Source of the DNA: Podarcis melisellensis
Taxonomy: Eukaryota
NCBI GenBank assembly: GCA_964234715.1
Contig: OZ174285.1
Length of the DNA stretch: 64,000 nt
Direction: 5' to 3' (one strand)
A program made the translations under genes and the position numbers. Numbering within the stretch: position 1 is the stretch's first letter; each line of letters opens with the position of its first letter. Under the pieces are notes generated by a model. The model did no database searches, was not told where the DNA came from, and worked only from the letters and a program-made list of their open reading frames with translations. Shown here in pieces: positions 61,936-64,000 of the stretch.

Positions 61936-63291
61936 CATTTTAATGGAAGTCATAAAAAGCAAGAAGCTTTAAGCTTTCTAGAATATTCAAGGATATGCAG
62001 AACTCAATGTACTATTGAATCCATTATAATACAAATGAGGAAAGTTCAAAGGGCATGGAGGAATGGGAAAGGAAAACTTGTAACTGAGCATTGTCTTAGC
62101 TGACAGATCTCTAAAAGAACATTTTCTGATTCATCAGTGATTTGGTACCAAAGGAAGACTAACAAAACAATTTAACAGCTTTCATATTTTTAAAGAAGTT
62201 CAAAGAAAGACCAAAGGACTTAGGGAAGTACAACAAAAACAGCAAAACCATAGTGGGATATGAATAGGCCAGCTCATACCACCCTTCAAGCTCTGAAAGA
62301 CATTCACAGAATTTAAAGAGAACTTAATTCTTATCTTGTCCAGCTTTCTGCAGGACATAACTGCAGTATCCCTGACAGACTCAGTGGACCAAGAATCATG
62401 TTCGAACAACAACAAAAACTGGAATACATCTCAAAATCAACCCTTGCAAGAACAATTTCATAGTAACATAATGAAGCAGCAATGTAATAATAAATGTAAC
62501 AACCAACATTTCAGTACTGTAACTATAACAAGCTTACACTAACAACATTATACCTTCTGCCATTTGGAGCAATGGAGAATGAATCTGCTCCGTTTTCTGT
62601 ACCCAGTAATTCCTATACTTCTCCTTCCATTCCCTTTGCCAGAATAACCAGGAAGGAGAAATACTGTGAAAGTGAAACAATTGCAGATGGGAATTTATCA
62701 ACAGTCCACTTTGAGAAGGAAGGTGGTTGGGCCCTGGGCAGAATAAAAACTGAACTTCTTAATCAAGTATTTCAAATGTTAGAGTTCTGCTTATGTTTCT
62801 TTTAAAACAGTCAGGTTAAAATTATAGTTGAATATATGCACGTTAAAACCATACATATAGACTCTTAAAAGTGAATCAATGGCCTGCACATTGGTTTAGT
62901 GCAGGGATGGGAATCTAATTGGACTGGATCTTTATATCCTTTTACCCATCCCTGGGCCTAGTTTGGCAGGTGGGTGGGGTCATCCACCTGTCAATTGTCT
63001 GACGTCTCAAGGACACCAGGCCTACATGGTTTGAAATCAGGCTGTAAGGGCAAAGGTACAATACTTTGCAAGCACTGGTGATTAGCTGATAAGTGGGGCT
63101 TGCAAAGCTCCACACTCGTGACTTTGCAAGCACTCACAAATTCCCATTCTCCCCAGCCACAACTTTCCCTGTACCACGCATGATGTCATAGATGAATTCA
63201 GGTGTAAGACAAGTGGCCATGACTTTGCCAAAATGGCCTTGTGGAAGGTCTGGCAGACTGATGGATCCTCACCACTGGATTAGTATTAGGG

Positions 63292-63427
63292 CAGTGTTTC
63301 CCAAACTTCGGTATCCAGCTGTTTTTGACCTACAACTCCCATCATCCCTAGCTAGCAGAACCAGTGGTCAGGGATGATGGGAACTGTAGTCCAAACATAG
63401 CTGGAGACCCACGTTTGGGAAACACTG
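63292..63427. mobile_element. hAT-type palindromic MITE, intact
   Basis: TIR CAGTGTTTCCCAAAC; 8-bp TSD TATTAGGG (63284-63291, 63428-63435). Confidence 0.9.
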
Positions 63428-64000
63428 TATTAGGGAAATCTCAGGTTTGTGTGCTCTCTCCTCCTCTCTCCTCCAGTGTAGATGCAAAGAGAAAATAGAA
63501 AGTTTTCACTTCTCTTTTAAGTGGCCACATTAGTTAATTAATTTTTAGTCCCTCACAGGGCAAGGCTTCCTCATTTGGGCTGCTGCTGCTATTTCTCACA
63601 GCTTCTGGTTCCAGGTGCAAGAGGCCACAGGGAGAGGAAAGCTGTTTAGAAATAAATGAATTTGATCTGAGCTAATCTATTCTATTCATCAGACCCAAAT
63701 AAAACACAAAAAGCTTAAAATGCTGGATCTCCCTGGCAGATCATGTGCCCTTATAAATAAAATAAAATGGTGCCTCTTTCAATAAATACTAAAATGAAAT
63801 GAGTTTACACAACTATGAATAAAAGCAAGCAAGCAATTAAAAGGATAAAACAAACTTTGCAAATTCTGAACCTCCCTGACAAGACACAGGAGTCTCTCTC
63901 AAGAATTCTCCCCTCTCATCAGCTACTGCAGATAGAAAACGTGCAGTCTTCACAGTTGTATATTTATCTTGTCTGCCTAGCAGATAAATTACAGACTCGA

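Noticed and set aside
55055-64000. SNX24 exon 1 (MEVYIPSFRY...)
   Set aside because: No matching sequence or gene-associated CpG island found; it must lie beyond the window.

Overview
Eukaryotic (squamate reptile, probably lacertid lizard; inferred from the Sauria SINE, Squam3-like SINE, Bov-B and L2 content) genomic DNA, not prokaryotic. It holds two convergent protein-coding genes. The first is the complete five-exon PPIC (cyclophilin C, + strand, CDS 4705-19120, 214 aa) with a CpG-island promoter. The second is exons 2-7 of SNX24 (sorting nexin 24, - strand, 55054-20903); exon 1 lies beyond the right edge. Human PPIC and SNX24 are also tail-to-tail. All exons were read directly, with GT-AG boundaries and consistent phases. 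The introns are rich in transposable elements: Sauria SINEs, L2, CR1 and Bov-B fragments, two solo LTRs, and many hAT and Tc1/mariner-type MITEs with readable TSDs. The most unusual structure is a very young antisense L1 insertion in PPIC intron 3. It has an uninterrupted 989-codon ORF2 fragment and an 18-19 bp TSD that also encloses about 300 bp of non-L1, exon-like sequence fused to its 5' end (candidate template-switch chimera). Other notable items are a Sauria SINE with an apparent snap-back copy of its own tail, a MITE with a perfect 118-bp GC-rich tandem repeat, a MITE-borne pre-miRNA-sized hairpin, and candidate conserved enhancers. I found no evidence of a wholly new multi-gene system. 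Most short ORFs in the supplied track are spurious or repeat-derived.
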